Part shown: piece after piece, positions 30,299 to 41,100 of the stretch
How the letters are laid out: the number at the start of each line of letters is the position of its first letter
How positions within the stretch are numbered: position 1 is the first letter of the stretch
Assembly: GCA_024228495.1 (NCBI GenBank)
Contig: JAAETJ010000241.1
Span: forward strand, 4,627 to 68,626
Direction of reading: 5' to 3'
Length of the DNA: 64,000 nt
From: a bacterium
GTDB lineage: Bacteria > Pseudomonadota > Alphaproteobacteria > Rhizobiales > JAKIUO01
Translations under genes and position numbers: made by a program
Notes under the pieces: generated by a model
What the model was told of the DNA's origin: nothing
What the model saw: only the letters and a program-made list of their open reading frames with translations
Databases searched by the model: none

Positions 30299-30336
30299 AA
30301 AAAAGCCCCCAAACCGGACCGAGGCCAAGCTGGGGG
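30299..30336 (-). terminator. putative attenuator/terminator hairpin in the metZ leader
   Basis: On the minus-strand RNA, CCCCCA (30336-30331) pairs with UGGGGG (30311-30306) and is followed by C-UUUUUU (30305-30299). It lies between the riboswitch-like element and the metZ ATG. Confidence 0.5.
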
Positions 30337-30364
30337 AAACACCCTCCAAAAGTGCTTGTAGCTC

Positions 30365-30416
30365 GGCCTTTTAGCGAATTATTTATAGTGGCTGCAAGCC
30401 GACCGGCCAAATCACC
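30365..30416 (-). promoter_or_regulatory. SAM-II-type (metA-element) riboswitch candidate
   Basis: The minus strand reads GGUGAUUUGGCCGGUCGGCUUGCAGCCACUAUAAAUAAUUCGCUAAAAGGCC. From memory, the GAUUU...GCUUGCAGCC...CGCUAAAAGG pattern matches the SAM-II consensus found upstream of alphaproteobacterial met genes. Confidence 0.6.
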
Positions 30417-30573
30417 ACATAAATTCAATCTATAATAACTATTATAGATTGGGGATTAAGAACCAGTTCCAGCTTGGCGTCAAGAGGGAAAAGCTTTAGG
30501 GTTCCAGCAAATAACATCACTGCCGGTCGTACCAACCAAGCGATCAATCCGGCACCAGCATAACAGGCAGAAT

Positions 30574-31692
30574 ATGACAGGCATCTTGCCAGCCCACGCT
30601 ATTGAGCGTTTGATTGAACAAAAAACCATCTCCCTCGATACGCCCGTCGCTGACGGGCAAATCCAACCCGCCTCTTTGGATTTACGGCTTGGTGATGTCG
30701 CCTACCGGGTGCGCGCCAGCTTCCTGCCAGGCCCTGGCACATTGGTTGGTGATCGCATCGGCGACCTCAAAATGCACGAAATTGATCTGACGAGCGGTGG
30801 TGCCGTACTTGAGCGCGATTGCGTTTATATCGTGCCCTTGCAAGAAAGCCTTGATCTGGACGACAACCTTTGCGCATTTACCAATCCCAAAAGTTCTACG
30901 GGGCGCCTTGATGTATTTACGCGGGTCATCTGCGATGAGTCACGCGCCTTTGACCAGGTCGGGGCTGGGTATAAAGGACCGCTATACGCAGAAATTTGCC
31001 CACAAACTTTTCCGGTGCTGGTGCGCAAGGGATCAAGACTATCGCAAATCCGCCTTCGTCTCGAGGGAGAAAATCCAGACGGCAAACAAGTGCTCGCTGA
31101 TTACCCCGCACTATTGGAGCAAACCAAAGCCAACGACACTTTAATGCATATGAGCGGCATCCCCTTATCGGTAGAGTTGCTTGGCAAGGGCCAGGATGAT
31201 CTGATCGGCTATCGCGCCAAGAAACACACCGGCGTTGTCGATATGGATGCCCCGAACTCGTGCGAAGTGCATGATTATTGGGAACCTATTTATTCACGTG
31301 GCAAGCGGCATTTAATCCTTGATCCAGATGAGTTTTATATTCTCGCGTCCAAGGAATCCGTGCATGTGCCACCAGAATATGCCGCCGAAATGGTGCCATT
31401 CAATCCGCTTGTCGGGGAATTTCGCGTGCATTATGCAGGCTTTTTTGATCCAGGATTTGGTCATAGCTCTTCGGGGGGAAGCGGCTCAAAAGGCGTGCTT
31501 GAAGTGCGCAGCCACAAAGTCCCTTTTATTCTGGAAGATGGACAAATCATTGGCCATCTCATCTATGAACACCTGAGCGAAGCGCCCAAGCAGCTCTATG
31601 GCACCGATATTGGCTCCCATTATCAAGCGCAAGGCCTCAAACTCTCCAAGCATTTTATAGCAAATAGCGTGACCCGCACGGGAGATCAGTGA
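30574..31692 (+). CDS. dcd: 2'-deoxycytidine 5'-triphosphate deaminase (long ~370-aa form)
   Basis: 372 aa. The N-terminus GILPAHAIERLIEQKTISLD...IQPASLDLRLG and the size are typical of the long alphaproteobacterial Dcd family. Confidence 0.75.
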   Translation: MTGILPAHAIERLIEQKTISLDTPVADGQIQPASLDLRLGDVAYRVRASFLPGPGTLVGDRIGDLKMHEIDLTSGGAVLERDCVYIVPLQESLDLDDNLCAFTNPKSSTGRLDVFTRVICDESRAFDQVGAGYKGPLYAEICPQTFPVLVRKGSRLSQIRLRLEGENPDGKQVLADYPALLEQTKANDTLMHMSGIPLSVELLGKGQDDLIGYRAKKHTGVVDMDAPNSCEVHDYWEPIYSRGKRHLILDPDEFYILASKESVHVPPEYAAEMVPFNPLVGEFRVHYAGFFDPGFGHSSSGGSGSKGVLEVRSHKVPFILEDGQIIGHLIYEHLSEAPKQLYGTDIGSHYQAQGLKLSKHFIANSVTRTGDQ

Positions 31693-31719
31693 ACGCTTCA
31701 AAGGACGCCTGGATGCAAC

Positions 31720-31754
31720 AAAAAAACGGCCCCCCTTTCGAAGAGCCGTTTTTC
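31720..31754. terminator. putative bidirectional terminator between convergent dcd and ldt
   Basis: A7 run, then CGGC...CTT-tcg-AAG...GCCG, then T5 run (31720-31753). Confidence 0.5.
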
Positions 31755-31778
31755 CTGATTTTCAAGGTTCAAGAACCC

Positions 31779-32435
31779 TTAGAAACCAAAGTTAAAGACC
31801 GAGCGCGAGAAGTTCGCTCTGCGTTTCCTGTTTCTGCTATAAGAAGCATAAGTCGGGTTGCTTGTTTTAAACCTGTTATAAGTCACGACAATCTTGCTTC
31901 CGACAGAAGCACGATTATAGAGATCAACAACATCCTTGTTAAACATCCGCACACAACCATGAGATACCGCTTCACCAATCAGCCAAGGGGCATCGGTGCC
32001 GTGGATCCGATAAAGTGTATTTCCGACATACAAAGCACGTACTCCAAGTGGATTTTTAGGATCTCCACCTCGAACAACCAATGGCAGTTTGGGATTTTTA
32101 CGACGCATTGATGGCGTTGGTGTCCAAGTAGGATCAACCCGTTTGGACGTCATTCTGAAATTCCCAGACCATCTTGCATCGGCTTTGGGAACAGCAATAG
32201 GATAGCTGATTGCACGTTTACCTTTAAGGACATAGTACAAACGACGATCACTGAAGCTGACAACCATTGTGCCAGGAGTGTGTCTTGTTTTGAAGGAAAC
32301 AATATGCTTGCTTTCAGCTTTGGAGGAAGAACCCCATCCCCAGCTTTGGGCCGCTGCTTTATCTGCTGGAAGACCAACAGCAAAAGACACAGCGCAAACA
32401 CCAACAATCAACGACTTCAAACTAACTAACTTCAT
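31779..32435 (-). CDS. L,D-transpeptidase (YkuD domain)
   Basis: Signal peptide plus the catalytic motif YRIHGT...SHGCVRM. Confidence 0.9.
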   Translation of the reverse strand: MKLVSLKSLIVGVCAVSFAVGLPADKAAAQSWGWGSSSKAESKHIVSFKTRHTPGTMVVSFSDRRLYYVLKGKRAISYPIAVPKADARWSGNFRMTSKRVDPTWTPTPSMRRKNPKLPLVVRGGDPKNPLGVRALYVGNTLYRIHGTDAPWLIGEAVSHGCVRMFNKDVVDLYNRASVGSKIVVTYNRFKTSNPTYASYSRNRKRRANFSRSVFNFGF

Positions 32436-32658
32436 ACCACTAACCTTTTTTTACACTTTACAGGGCTTACTTAATACTAGAGCCAAGCCTTTGATACCTC
32501 ATTAAGGTTACCATCTTGTTACTTTGCTCTTTTTCCCTGTGCCAATGGCCCCCGACAATTCACCCTTGCGAACGCATACAATTCAGTACAATTTCTTCCC
32601 GACCGACGGTTTCCCTGACTTGCTCTTCATCAATATGAGCTCAGGAATACCACGTTTC

Positions 32659-32994
32659 TTACCACTTCAAATTTCTCTTAAATCGTCTTGCAGCAACAGA
32701 TCTTGCCTTCATGTCCGTCGCATCTTGCCGTAACATAAGATCACGCATCACAAAACCATTATGCTTCTTTTTGCTGGTAACATGGATCAATAGAGCCCGA
32801 CCATTGCCAAGGCTGAAGGTGACCCTATCTCCCACAGTATTTGTGGTCATCGCACCAAGTGGTTGTTGTTTTTTAAGATCGATTATGGTGGCAGCCGTTG
32901 AAGATTGGGCCATTGAAAACTGACAAGTCAGCCCGACAAGTATGAACGAGCATACAAGCACTTTTTTGAAGTCGTGCAACTGATCTGCAAACAT
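32659..32994 (-). CDS. hypothetical small secreted protein
   Basis: MFADQLHDFKKVLVCSFILVGLTCQFSMAQS looks like a signal peptide. No family recognised. The start is uncertain (33021 or 32994). Confidence 0.4.
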   Translation of the reverse strand: MFADQLHDFKKVLVCSFILVGLTCQFSMAQSSTAATIIDLKKQQPLGAMTTNTVGDRVTFSLGNGRALLIHVTSKKKHNGFVMRDLMLRQDATDMKARSVAARRFKRNLKW

Positions 32995-33253
32995 TTTACC
33001 AACCTGACAACGTGCAACCATACGGCGCTCTACAAGGCACTGAACTCATTGCACCAACAAAATACCTACAAGTAACTCTTGGATTATTTGGTCACAGCCG
33101 GGGAGCTAATTCAAGAGTTCCGCCCTGTTTATACTCTTGATTTTCTTTATCACAGGCCAGTTTTCCGACAACTGTGGGTTTCTTGTCACAAAATAGCCGC
33201 AATTAAAACGCGCGACATGATGGGCCAGCGACAAACGCTCGCCCCTCTTTGTA

Positions 33254-35494
33254 CTATCTCGCCAACAGTTTCCCCTCGACCGGTTCCAGACATATCTCAT
33301 CGGAACAGGCCTGCAGTGTCAATTTGAGATTGAGACTATCGCCGACCTCTTTTGCAAGAGGGGCAATGATTTCAACATCACCTTCATACAAAGCCAATAT
33401 TTCATCATTAAATTTCAGATTTTTGTTAACGGCTGCTGGATATTGAACTGCTCCCTTCAACGCCTTTTTACTCTGCGTTTCCAGTTTGGTGGGAATAAAA
33501 TCTTCACTGAGCGGCTTGTCAGAATTGATATGCCAGCCCGGTGCAATCTTCAAAGAGACGATGGCAGTGGCATTGGCTTTATCAATTTTTGCTTCAACCC
33601 GTACTTTGCCTTGGGCGAAATATTGCACGGGGCCAACTTCTCCGCTGCGCATCATATTGGCGCCGCGCAGCACATAGGCAACCGAGCGTGGTGACTCTAC
33701 GGCTAACCCCGACAAGGCCGCGAGTAATGCATCACCGCGATTGCGCGTTTCAAGATCCGGACTACGATTGGTCAGCATGGACAAAACCTCTAGAGCCGTT
33801 GAATTGCCAGAAGGGATCGCTCCGTCCGATCGGGCCTTGCCGCGAATAAAGGTATCAGATTTCGCCACCATGAAAAAATCACCGGTATCTGGATCGCCAA
33901 ACTTTTTAATCATATGCGTGGTTAGCTCTTGCGCCTTTTTCAAATGTACAGGATTTTTGGTGGCGTCAAAAGTGTGCACATAGGCCAGCGCCAGATAGGC
34001 GTAATCTTCCTGCTGTGCTTCAAGTTCGGCCTTGCCACCAAAATAGGAACGCAGATAACCACCATCTGCCGTCTTCATGTTGTTTTCAATAAAGAACAGG
34101 GCCTTTTCAGCCAGCTCCACATAATGCGGGTTATTCAAAATGATCGAGGCTTCCGCAATGGCGGCAATCATCATGCCGTTCCACGAAAGCACCGTTTTTT
34201 CATCAAGATGCGGAGCGATACGCTTTTCACGTACCTTATCAAGCTTGGCGCGAAAACCGGTCACAACTTTGGTAAATTGCTCATCGCTAATTTGGAGCGT
34301 AGCTGCCAGCTTTTGTGGGTTTTCGAGGAAATGCAAGATAGTCTTGCCCTCAAAATTACCATCCTTCGTGACACCAAATATCTTTGCCGCCAATGCGCCA
34401 TCTGTTTTCCCTAAAACCTTGTTGAACTGCTCGGGGGTCCAGACATAAAAAGTCCCCTCTTCCCCTTCGCTATCGGCATCCCAGGCAGAATAAAAACTCC
34501 CCTTCTTTGACATCAATTTGCGCTCAACATAAGCAATCGTCCGCTCGGCGGCTCGCGCATAGCGTTCGCGCCCGGTCAATCGATAGGCATGCAATAAAAC
34601 CCGGACCATCTGCGCCTGATTGTAGAGCATTTTTTCAAAATGCGGGATCCGCCATTCATTGTCCGTGGCATAGCGGTGAAAGCCCCCACCGACATGATCA
34701 TGGATGCCGCCATCAAGCATAAAATCAAGCGTTCTCGTCACCGCCTCAAGCGCGTCACCATCCTTGTGCCCAGCTGCCAGTTGCAGCAAGAACATCAAGG
34801 TCGGCTCGTTGGGAAATTTGGGAGCGGTATCAAAGCCGCCATTGAAAATATCGGCACTAGCGATAATCTCTCGCCCCGCCTTGGCCAGAACCTCTGGCGT
34901 GATAGTGCGCGCCTCAACCCGCCGATTGAGGATTTGCTTGATCACATCTGAAATTTTTTCGCCATCCGCGATCAAGGCCTTTTCATTGATGACCCACTGA
35001 TTGCCAATTTCAGTTAGCAATTTGGCAAAGGTTTCGCGCGGGAAGTAGGTACCAGCATAAAATGGCTTGAGTTCAGGGGTCAAAAACAAGGAATTCGGCC
35101 AGCCGCCACTGCGGGTAATAATCTGCGTTGCTATCATATAGGTTTCATCGACATCGGGGCGGCGTTCGCGATCCACTTTGATGGCCACAAAATGCTTGTT
35201 GAGAATTTTTGCCAGACCCTCATTTTCGAAGCTTTCACGCTCCATCACATGGCACCAGTGGCATGTCGAATAGCCAACAGACAGAAAAATCGGCTTGTTT
35301 TGCTTGCGCGCCGCTTCAAAAGCTTCGGGGCCCCATGGATACCAGTCAACCGGATTGTTGGCATGTTGCCGCAAATAAGGGGATGCCGCTCCTGCAAGCC
35401 TGTTAGTCATCTCATGGCTATCTTTTCCTGTGGCATGCATATTTGGTACAAGCAATGCGAGCGCCATACTGGATGCTGCAATAAAGTTTTTCAT
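33254..35494 (-). CDS. exported YyaL/DUF255 thioredoxin-domain protein with a C-terminal DsbD-N-terminal-like domain
   Basis: Signal peptide [21 protein letters not shown]. The DUF255 motif is [40 protein letters not shown] long alpha/alpha-toroid-like middle region follows. The C-terminal ~110 aa end in [16 protein letters not shown], as in DsbD/ScsB N-terminal domains. Confidence 0.8.
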   Translation of the reverse strand: MKNFIAASSMALALLVPNMHATGKDSHEMTNRLAGAASPYLRQHANNPVDWYPWGPEAFEAARKQNKPIFLSVGYSTCHWCHVMERESFENEGLAKILNKHFVAIKVDRERRPDVDETYMIATQIITRSGGWPNSLFLTPELKPFYAGTYFPRETFAKLLTEIGNQWVINEKALIADGEKISDVIKQILNRRVEARTITPEVLAKAGREIIASADIFNGGFDTAPKFPNEPTLMFLLQLAAGHKDGDALEAVTRTLDFMLDGGIHDHVGGGFHRYATDNEWRIPHFEKMLYNQAQMVRVLLHAYRLTGRERYARAAERTIAYVERKLMSKKGSFYSAWDADSEGEEGTFYVWTPEQFNKVLGKTDGALAAKIFGVTKDGNFEGKTILHFLENPQKLAATLQISDEQFTKVVTGFRAKLDKVREKRIAPHLDEKTVLSWNGMMIAAIAEASIILNNPHYVELAEKALFFIENNMKTADGGYLRSYFGGKAELEAQQEDYAYLALAYVHTFDATKNPVHLKKAQELTTHMIKKFGDPDTGDFFMVAKSDTFIRGKARSDGAIPSGNSTALEVLSMLTNRSPDLETRNRGDALLAALSGLAVESPRSVAYVLRGANMMRSGEVGPVQYFAQGKVRVEAKIDKANATAIVSLKIAPGWHINSDKPLSEDFIPTKLETQSKKALKGAVQYPAAVNKNLKFNDEILALYEGDVEIIAPLAKEVGDSLNLKLTLQACSDEICLEPVEGKLLAR

Positions 35495-35630
35495 ATAGCT
35501 CCCGGACACTAGATCTATTTGTAATTTTCCACCAACCTATAAGCTCTCCTCCCCATATACGAATAAACAATTCGTGATCCGTTTTCTCACCGTTTATTTC
35601 CTCTCTTGACTCTGCCCTTTCCTTTTATTA

Positions 35631-35645
35631 GAACAAACAAGGAAC
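35631..35645. promoter_or_regulatory. alphaproteobacterial-type LexA (SOS) box
   Basis: GAACaaacaagGAAC is the reverse orientation of GTTC-N7-GTTC. It lies 23 nt upstream of the imuA ATG. Confidence 0.7.
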
Positions 35646-35667
35646 GCGCGCAAGGAAAATATCATAA

Positions 35668-36498
35668 ATGCCACTTGAAAATCTTGATAAGTTACGTACA
35701 CAAATAAAGCGTATTGAAGGGCATACCGCCTTTCTTGAAGGGGCAAGGAAGAGCTTACCTGCACGACACCCCCCCTCGCCTTCCTTACCCGCCTGGTCGT
35801 TTGGAGCAAAAGAGGTCGATCAATGTCTGGAACACGGCCTTGCCCCTCATGCCCTGCATGAGATCAACCCCCTTGCCTATAAAGATTGTTGGGCAGCTCT
35901 GTCTTTTGCTCTGGCTCTGGCCTCCAAGCGGGCCAGCTTTGATCAACGCCCTCTCTTATGGTGCTCTTCACGTGCCAATAAATCCGAATTTGGAGGACTT
36001 TACGGGCAAGGGCTGCAACGCTTTAATCTTGATCCTGCGCGTTTCATTCTGATTGAAACAAAAAACGATAATGAGACCGCATTTGTTCTTGAAGAAGCCT
36101 TGAAATCAGCCAGTCTCTGCGCGGTCATTGGTTTGATAGCAGCGCCAGGATTAACCGCTTCACGCCGTTTGTCCTTGATGGCCAACAAGGGGCAGACCCC
36201 CGCCTTGCTGGTCACAAAACCAGAAGATACCGGTATCAAAAATGCCACTACCCGCTGGCAGGTCGCCAGCCTGCGCGCCGATCAATCTCTTTTTACCACT
36301 CCCTCTTTTCCTCAACTAGCCCTTCCTCAACTATCCTGGCAGGTCGCCCTCACCCGCAATAGCCAGGGACCTGCAGATAAAAAGTGGCATCTGGAGTTTC
36401 CATCTTATGAACAACCTCTCCACAAATCTTCCAAAGAAGCGTTTCGTTTCGCTCTTCCTTCCCCATTTCGCAATCGAAAATCACGAGCGGCAGCCTGA
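35668..36498 (+). CDS. imuA: ImuA-like SOS mutagenesis protein (RecA/SulA-fold)
   Basis: 276 aa, first gene of an imuA-imuB-dnaE2 arrangement downstream of a LexA box. The segment FGAKEVDQCLEHGLAPHALHEI is ImuA-like. Confidence 0.75.
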   Translation: MPLENLDKLRTQIKRIEGHTAFLEGARKSLPARHPPSPSLPAWSFGAKEVDQCLEHGLAPHALHEINPLAYKDCWAALSFALALASKRASFDQRPLLWCSSRANKSEFGGLYGQGLQRFNLDPARFILIETKNDNETAFVLEEALKSASLCAVIGLIAAPGLTASRRLSLMANKGQTPALLVTKPEDTGIKNATTRWQVASLRADQSLFTTPSFPQLALPQLSWQVALTRNSQGPADKKWHLEFPSYEQPLHKSSKEAFRFALPSPFRNRKSRAAA

Positions 36499-38026
36499 AG
36501 GACATAAAAGACAAAACGCGCCCTTTGCCCTTGTTGATCTTATCTCAAAAGGTCAAAGGCTTTGGGCTGTTGATGAGGCCGCCCGCAAACAGGGTCTTGT
36601 TCGCAATATGGCGTTAAGCGATGCTCTGGCGCTTTGCCCCTCGCTTGCCACAAAGCAAGCGGCACCGCAAAAAGATGTTCGCAGGCTTTTGCAACTGGCC
36701 AGCTGGTGCGAACGTTACAGCCCCCTAAGCAATGTCCATGATGATAACAGCCTGTGGATTGATGTCACCGGCAGCACCCATCTGTTTGCGGGCGAACAAG
36801 GCCTACTGGCAGCCATCAGCAAAGATTTTCGCCAGCAGGGCTACACCGTAAAACTCGCACTTGCGGGTAGTTTTGCCGCCGCTTTTGCGCTTTCTCATTT
36901 TGTATTTGATGACAAGGCGAAGGCACCCATCATCCCGTCTCAAAGCTCTTTTACGCAATTACAACATTACCTTTACTCCCTGCCGGTCACAGCCCTTCGT
37001 CTGCACGAAAACACCTGCTCCTTGCTGCATCGCCTTGGCCTGATGACGCTGGGGCAATTGATGGACCTGCCACGAGAAAGCCTGAAGCGCCGCTTTCCCT
37101 CGCCTGATCAGGCCCGCTCCGTGTTGTTCCGGCTCGATCAGATCCTGGAGCTGCGCGATGAACCTCTTGCGCCCCTCACTCCGCCTGTGCTTTTTTCCAG
37201 CCGCCTGCGTTTTGCCCAAGCGCTGTTTTCCAAACATGGACTGGAACGAGCCCTCACCCGCCTTCTTGACGATGTAACCTGGCAGCTTGAACGTCAAAAT
37301 CAGGGTGCCCGTAGCCTCACATTCAGCCTGTGGCGCTCTGATGGCAGCACCAGCCATATTGCTATTGGCACCGCGCAACCTTGCCGCGACAAGGCCCATT
37401 TGTTCAACCTGTTCAAGGAAAAAATAAGCCGGATCGAACCAGGATTTGGCATCGATGTGATCGCGCTTTTTGTCGCCAAGGCAGAACCGCTGTCAGTAAA
37501 ACAGATCTCTCTTCAAAGCAGGCAAAAATCAGATCGCTCTCGCAGCCCCTTTGTACTCATTGATCGTTTGCGCAACCATCTTGGTGCGCAAAAAATTGGC
37601 TATTTGCAAGCCCTCCCAAGCCATATTCCCGAGCGGGCGCAAAGCCTGACAACCAGTTCACCGCCTCAAACCATGCCCCCCTTGCACGCAGCATCCCCCG
37701 CCTCACCTTCTGTCATATATGACCGGCCCTTCTTGCTGCTGAACCCTCCAGAAAGTATTGACGTACTAGCGCCCCTGCCCGACGACCCGCCCCTCTCCTT
37801 TACCTGGCGCCGCGTCACCAGAAAAGTCATTACCAGCAACGGCCCCGAACGCCTGACCCGCGAATGGTGGCGAGAGCTTGGGCAAAAACCCAGCCGCCCC
37901 CGCGATTATTATAAAGTCAGCACCAGAGAAGGCGGCACATTCTGGCTCTATCGCAACGGGCTTTACCAAGGGAGTGAAGAATGTCGCTCGCCCCCGCAAT
38001 GGTTCATACACGGCTTTTTTGGATGA
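36407..38026 (+). CDS. imuB: ImuB, Y-family DNA polymerase-like protein
   Basis: The N-terminus KKRFVSLFLPHFAIE is ImuB-typical. 539 aa, located between imuA and dnaE2. It overlaps the imuA 3' end by 92 nt if ATG 36407 is used. Confidence 0.8.
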   Translation: MNNLSTNLPKKRFVSLFLPHFAIENHERQPEGHKRQNAPFALVDLISKGQRLWAVDEAARKQGLVRNMALSDALALCPSLATKQAAPQKDVRRLLQLASWCERYSPLSNVHDDNSLWIDVTGSTHLFAGEQGLLAAISKDFRQQGYTVKLALAGSFAAAFALSHFVFDDKAKAPIIPSQSSFTQLQHYLYSLPVTALRLHENTCSLLHRLGLMTLGQLMDLPRESLKRRFPSPDQARSVLFRLDQILELRDEPLAPLTPPVLFSSRLRFAQALFSKHGLERALTRLLDDVTWQLERQNQGARSLTFSLWRSDGSTSHIAIGTAQPCRDKAHLFNLFKEKISRIEPGFGIDVIALFVAKAEPLSVKQISLQSRQKSDRSRSPFVLIDRLRNHLGAQKIGYLQALPSHIPERAQSLTTSSPPQTMPPLHAASPASPSVIYDRPFLLLNPPESIDVLAPLPDDPPLSFTWRRVTRKVITSNGPERLTREWWRELGQKPSRPRDYYKVSTREGGTFWLYRNGLYQGSEECRSPPQWFIHGFFG

Positions 38027-38032
38027 AAAAAT

Positions 38033-38152
38033 AATGTCCTACGCGGATGGCGGACAAGGGCGAGCCCCTTTCATCCCCATTTTATAAAATCAGGGGCGCT
38101 GGGGACTAGTCCCCAGCGCCATCTGTGCTAGATGCCATCCTTTAAGGACATT
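38033..38152. repeat. 120-bp nested inverted-repeat element between imuB and dnaE2
   Basis: The outer arms are AATGTCCT-N4-GGATGGC (38033-38051) and GCCATCC-N4-AGGACATT (38134-38152). They enclose a perfect 26-nt palindrome, GGCGCTGGGGACT/AGTCCCCAGCGCC (38095-38120). Confidence 0.8.
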
Positions 38153-38182
38153 GAATTGCGCATCTCCACAATGAGATAAAAC

Positions 38183-41100
38183 ATGATCGACACGTTCCCA
38201 TATGCCGCTCTGCAGGTCACCACAAATTTTTCGTTCCTGCGCGGAGCCTCTCATCCTGATGAGCTGGTAAAAACCGCGAAACGTCTAGGCCTTGCGGCGA
38301 TTGCTATCACGGACCGCAATACACTGGCAGGGATTGTACGCATGCATGTCGCGGCAAAAAAGCTGGATATGCGCCTGATCATTGGCGTGCGGCTTATCTT
38401 GAACGATGCGCCTGATCTTTTATGCTACCCGAAAGACCGCCCCGCTTATGGACGCTTGTCGCGGCTGTTAAGCCTTGGGCAGAGACGGACGAAAAAAGGC
38501 CTGTGCGATCTTGCCCTTGCAGATGTTGCTGCTCATCAAAAGGGACAGCTGTTTATCGTCCCTCCCCCCTCTCAATCTGAATTGAGTTCCTTTGGCGCGC
38601 AATTAGGCCGTTTGAAAGAACAACTGACGGCACCCTTATATCTCGGCCTTGCCCATAATTATTGCGGCAATGAGCAAGCCCGCTTTAATGCCCTGCGACA
38701 GCTTGGCACGCTCTACAAGCTGCCTCTCATTGCAGCGAGCAACGTGCTTTATCATCAACCCGCCCGCAAACCCCTTGCTGATATACTCACCTGCATCCGC
38801 GAAAAATGCACCATCGATGAGGCGGGCCTGCGGCTCTCGCCGAACGCTGAAGCCCATTTCAAGCCTTCTTGCGAAATGCAGCGCCTTTACAAGGGTTACG
38901 AAGATACGCTTGCCCGCACCATGGAGATCGCCGATCATTGTCATTTTTCTCTTGATGAACTGGCCTATGATTATCCCCGCGAACCCGTGCCAAAAGGAGC
39001 AACCACTCAGCAACATCTGGAAAAACTGAGCTATGAGGGAGCCAACTGGCGCTATCCGCAAGGCTTGCCGAACAAAGTCCGAGCCAGTCTTTTGCATGAG
39101 CTAAAGCTGATTGATGAACTGAACTATGCCCCCTACTTTCTCACCGTCCATGATATTGTCAACTTTGCCCGCTCAAAGGATATTTTGTGTCAGGGGCGCG
39201 GCTCGGCGGCCAATTCTGCCGTTTGTTATTGCCTTGGTATCACCAATGTCGACCCCACCAAAATCGATCTTTTGTTCGAACGCTTTATTTCAGCGGAGCG
39301 AGACGAGCCCCCCGATATTGATGTCGATTTCGAACATGAGCGCCGCGAAGAGGTGATCCAGTATATCTATCAGCGCTTTGGTCGCGAGCATGCCGGTCTG
39401 GCTGCAACCCTCATTACCTATCGCCCGCGCTCGGCCGTGCGCGATGTTGGTAAGGCCATGGGCTTGTGCGAAGATATTGTTTCGCGCCTGGCGGGCACGG
39501 TATGGGGCCATGGCCACTCAAAAAAGGGGAGCAAGGATATTTCCGACAAGCGGGTACGTGAAGCCGGGCTCAATGCCGATGACCCGCGTCTCATTCGTAC
39601 CTTGCAACTGACAACTGAGATCATGGGGTTTCCCCGCCATCTGTCGCAACATGTCGGTGGCTTTGTGCTCACCCACTCGCCCTTGTGCGAGATGGTGCCG
39701 ATTGGCAATGCAGCCATGAAAGACCGTACCGTCATCGAATGGGACAAGACCGATCTGGCCGCACTGGGTCTCTTGAAGATCGACATACTGGCGCTTGGCA
39801 TGTTGTCTTGTGTGCACCGCTCCTTTGATCTTATTGAGCAGCATTATGACCGGTCCTTGACGCTAGCCAGCGTGCCGCGCGAAGACAGCGACACGTATGA
39901 CATGCTGTGCAAGGCGGATACGGTCGGGGTGTTTCAGATCGAAAGCCGGGCGCAGATGAACATGCTGCCACGCCTTAAACCACGCATTTTTTATGATCTG
40001 GTCATTGAGGTGGCGATTGTCCGTCCCGGTCCCATTCAGGGCGATATGGTGCATCCCTACCTGCGCCGTCGCGACGGGCTGGAAGAAGAAATCTACCCCG
40101 CCCCCGACCCCCGTTTTGGTCCCCCTAATGAGCTGCGCACCATTCTTGGCAAAACCAAGGGCGTGCCCCTGTTTCAAGAACAAGCCATGCGTCTAGCGAT
40201 GGTGGCTGCTGATTTTTCTCCCGCCGAGGCCAATGCATTGCGCAAAAGCATGGCAACATTTCGCCACCGAGGCACCATTGAATTACTGCAAGATAAAATG
40301 GTCGAGCGCATGGTAACACGCGGCTATGAACGCAACTTTGCCGAGCGCTGTTTCAACCAGATTAAAGGATTTGGTGATTATGGCTTCCCAGAAAGCCATG
40401 CCGCCAGCTTCGCACATCTGGTTTATATCTCTTCCTGGATCAAATGCCATTATCCCGATGTGTTCGCCTGTGCCCTTCTAAACTCCCAGCCCATGGGATT
40501 TTATGCCCCCGCGCAAATTGTTCGCGATGCCCGTGAACATGGTATCAAAGTGCTGCCGGTTGATGTCTCGACCAGCGATTGGGATTGTACGCTGGAAGCA
40601 AACGGCGACGAGACCTGGGCCTTGCGCCTTGGTATGCGGCAGATCTCCGGATTACGCCGCGATGAAGCGGAAAAGATTGTGGAGGCCAGATCTTTTACTC
40701 ACCCTCACACATTCCACGACATGGAAGAACTGCGTACCCGCTCCCATGTCCGCTGCGAGACATTGGAGAAGCTGGCGGGGGCTGATGCATTTCGCTCCAT
40801 GGGATTGGAGCGCCGCACCGCTCTTTGGCATATAAGAGGGCTTGCCGACGCTACCCCTTTGCCTTTGTTCGCTCATGCCAGTGCTAGCGAGCTATCACTC
40901 GAACCAAAAGTCGAGCTGCCACGCCTGCCCTTGTCGGCGCATGTATTGGAGGATTATCGCAACACGCGCCTGTCCCTCAAAGCTCACCCCCTGTCTTTTC
41001 TGCGCAACCGCTTGCAAGCACAAAAAGCCCTGACCTGCCTTGATCTTATGTCCCTGCATGACGGGGCCTTTGTCAAACTTTCCGGGGTGGTGCTGATCCG

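Noticed and set aside
30253-30342. A 30-codon N-terminal extension of the metZ ORF (MFPPAWPRSGLGAFLCLFDKYADWQKEFLN).
   Set aside because: It overlaps the leader terminator hairpin and T-run and has no homology-like character. MetZ-like sequence begins after ATG 30252.
31689-32111. A 140-aa plus-strand ORF following dcd.
   Set aside because: It lies antisense to the well-supported L,D-transpeptidase gene and crosses the putative bidirectional terminator.
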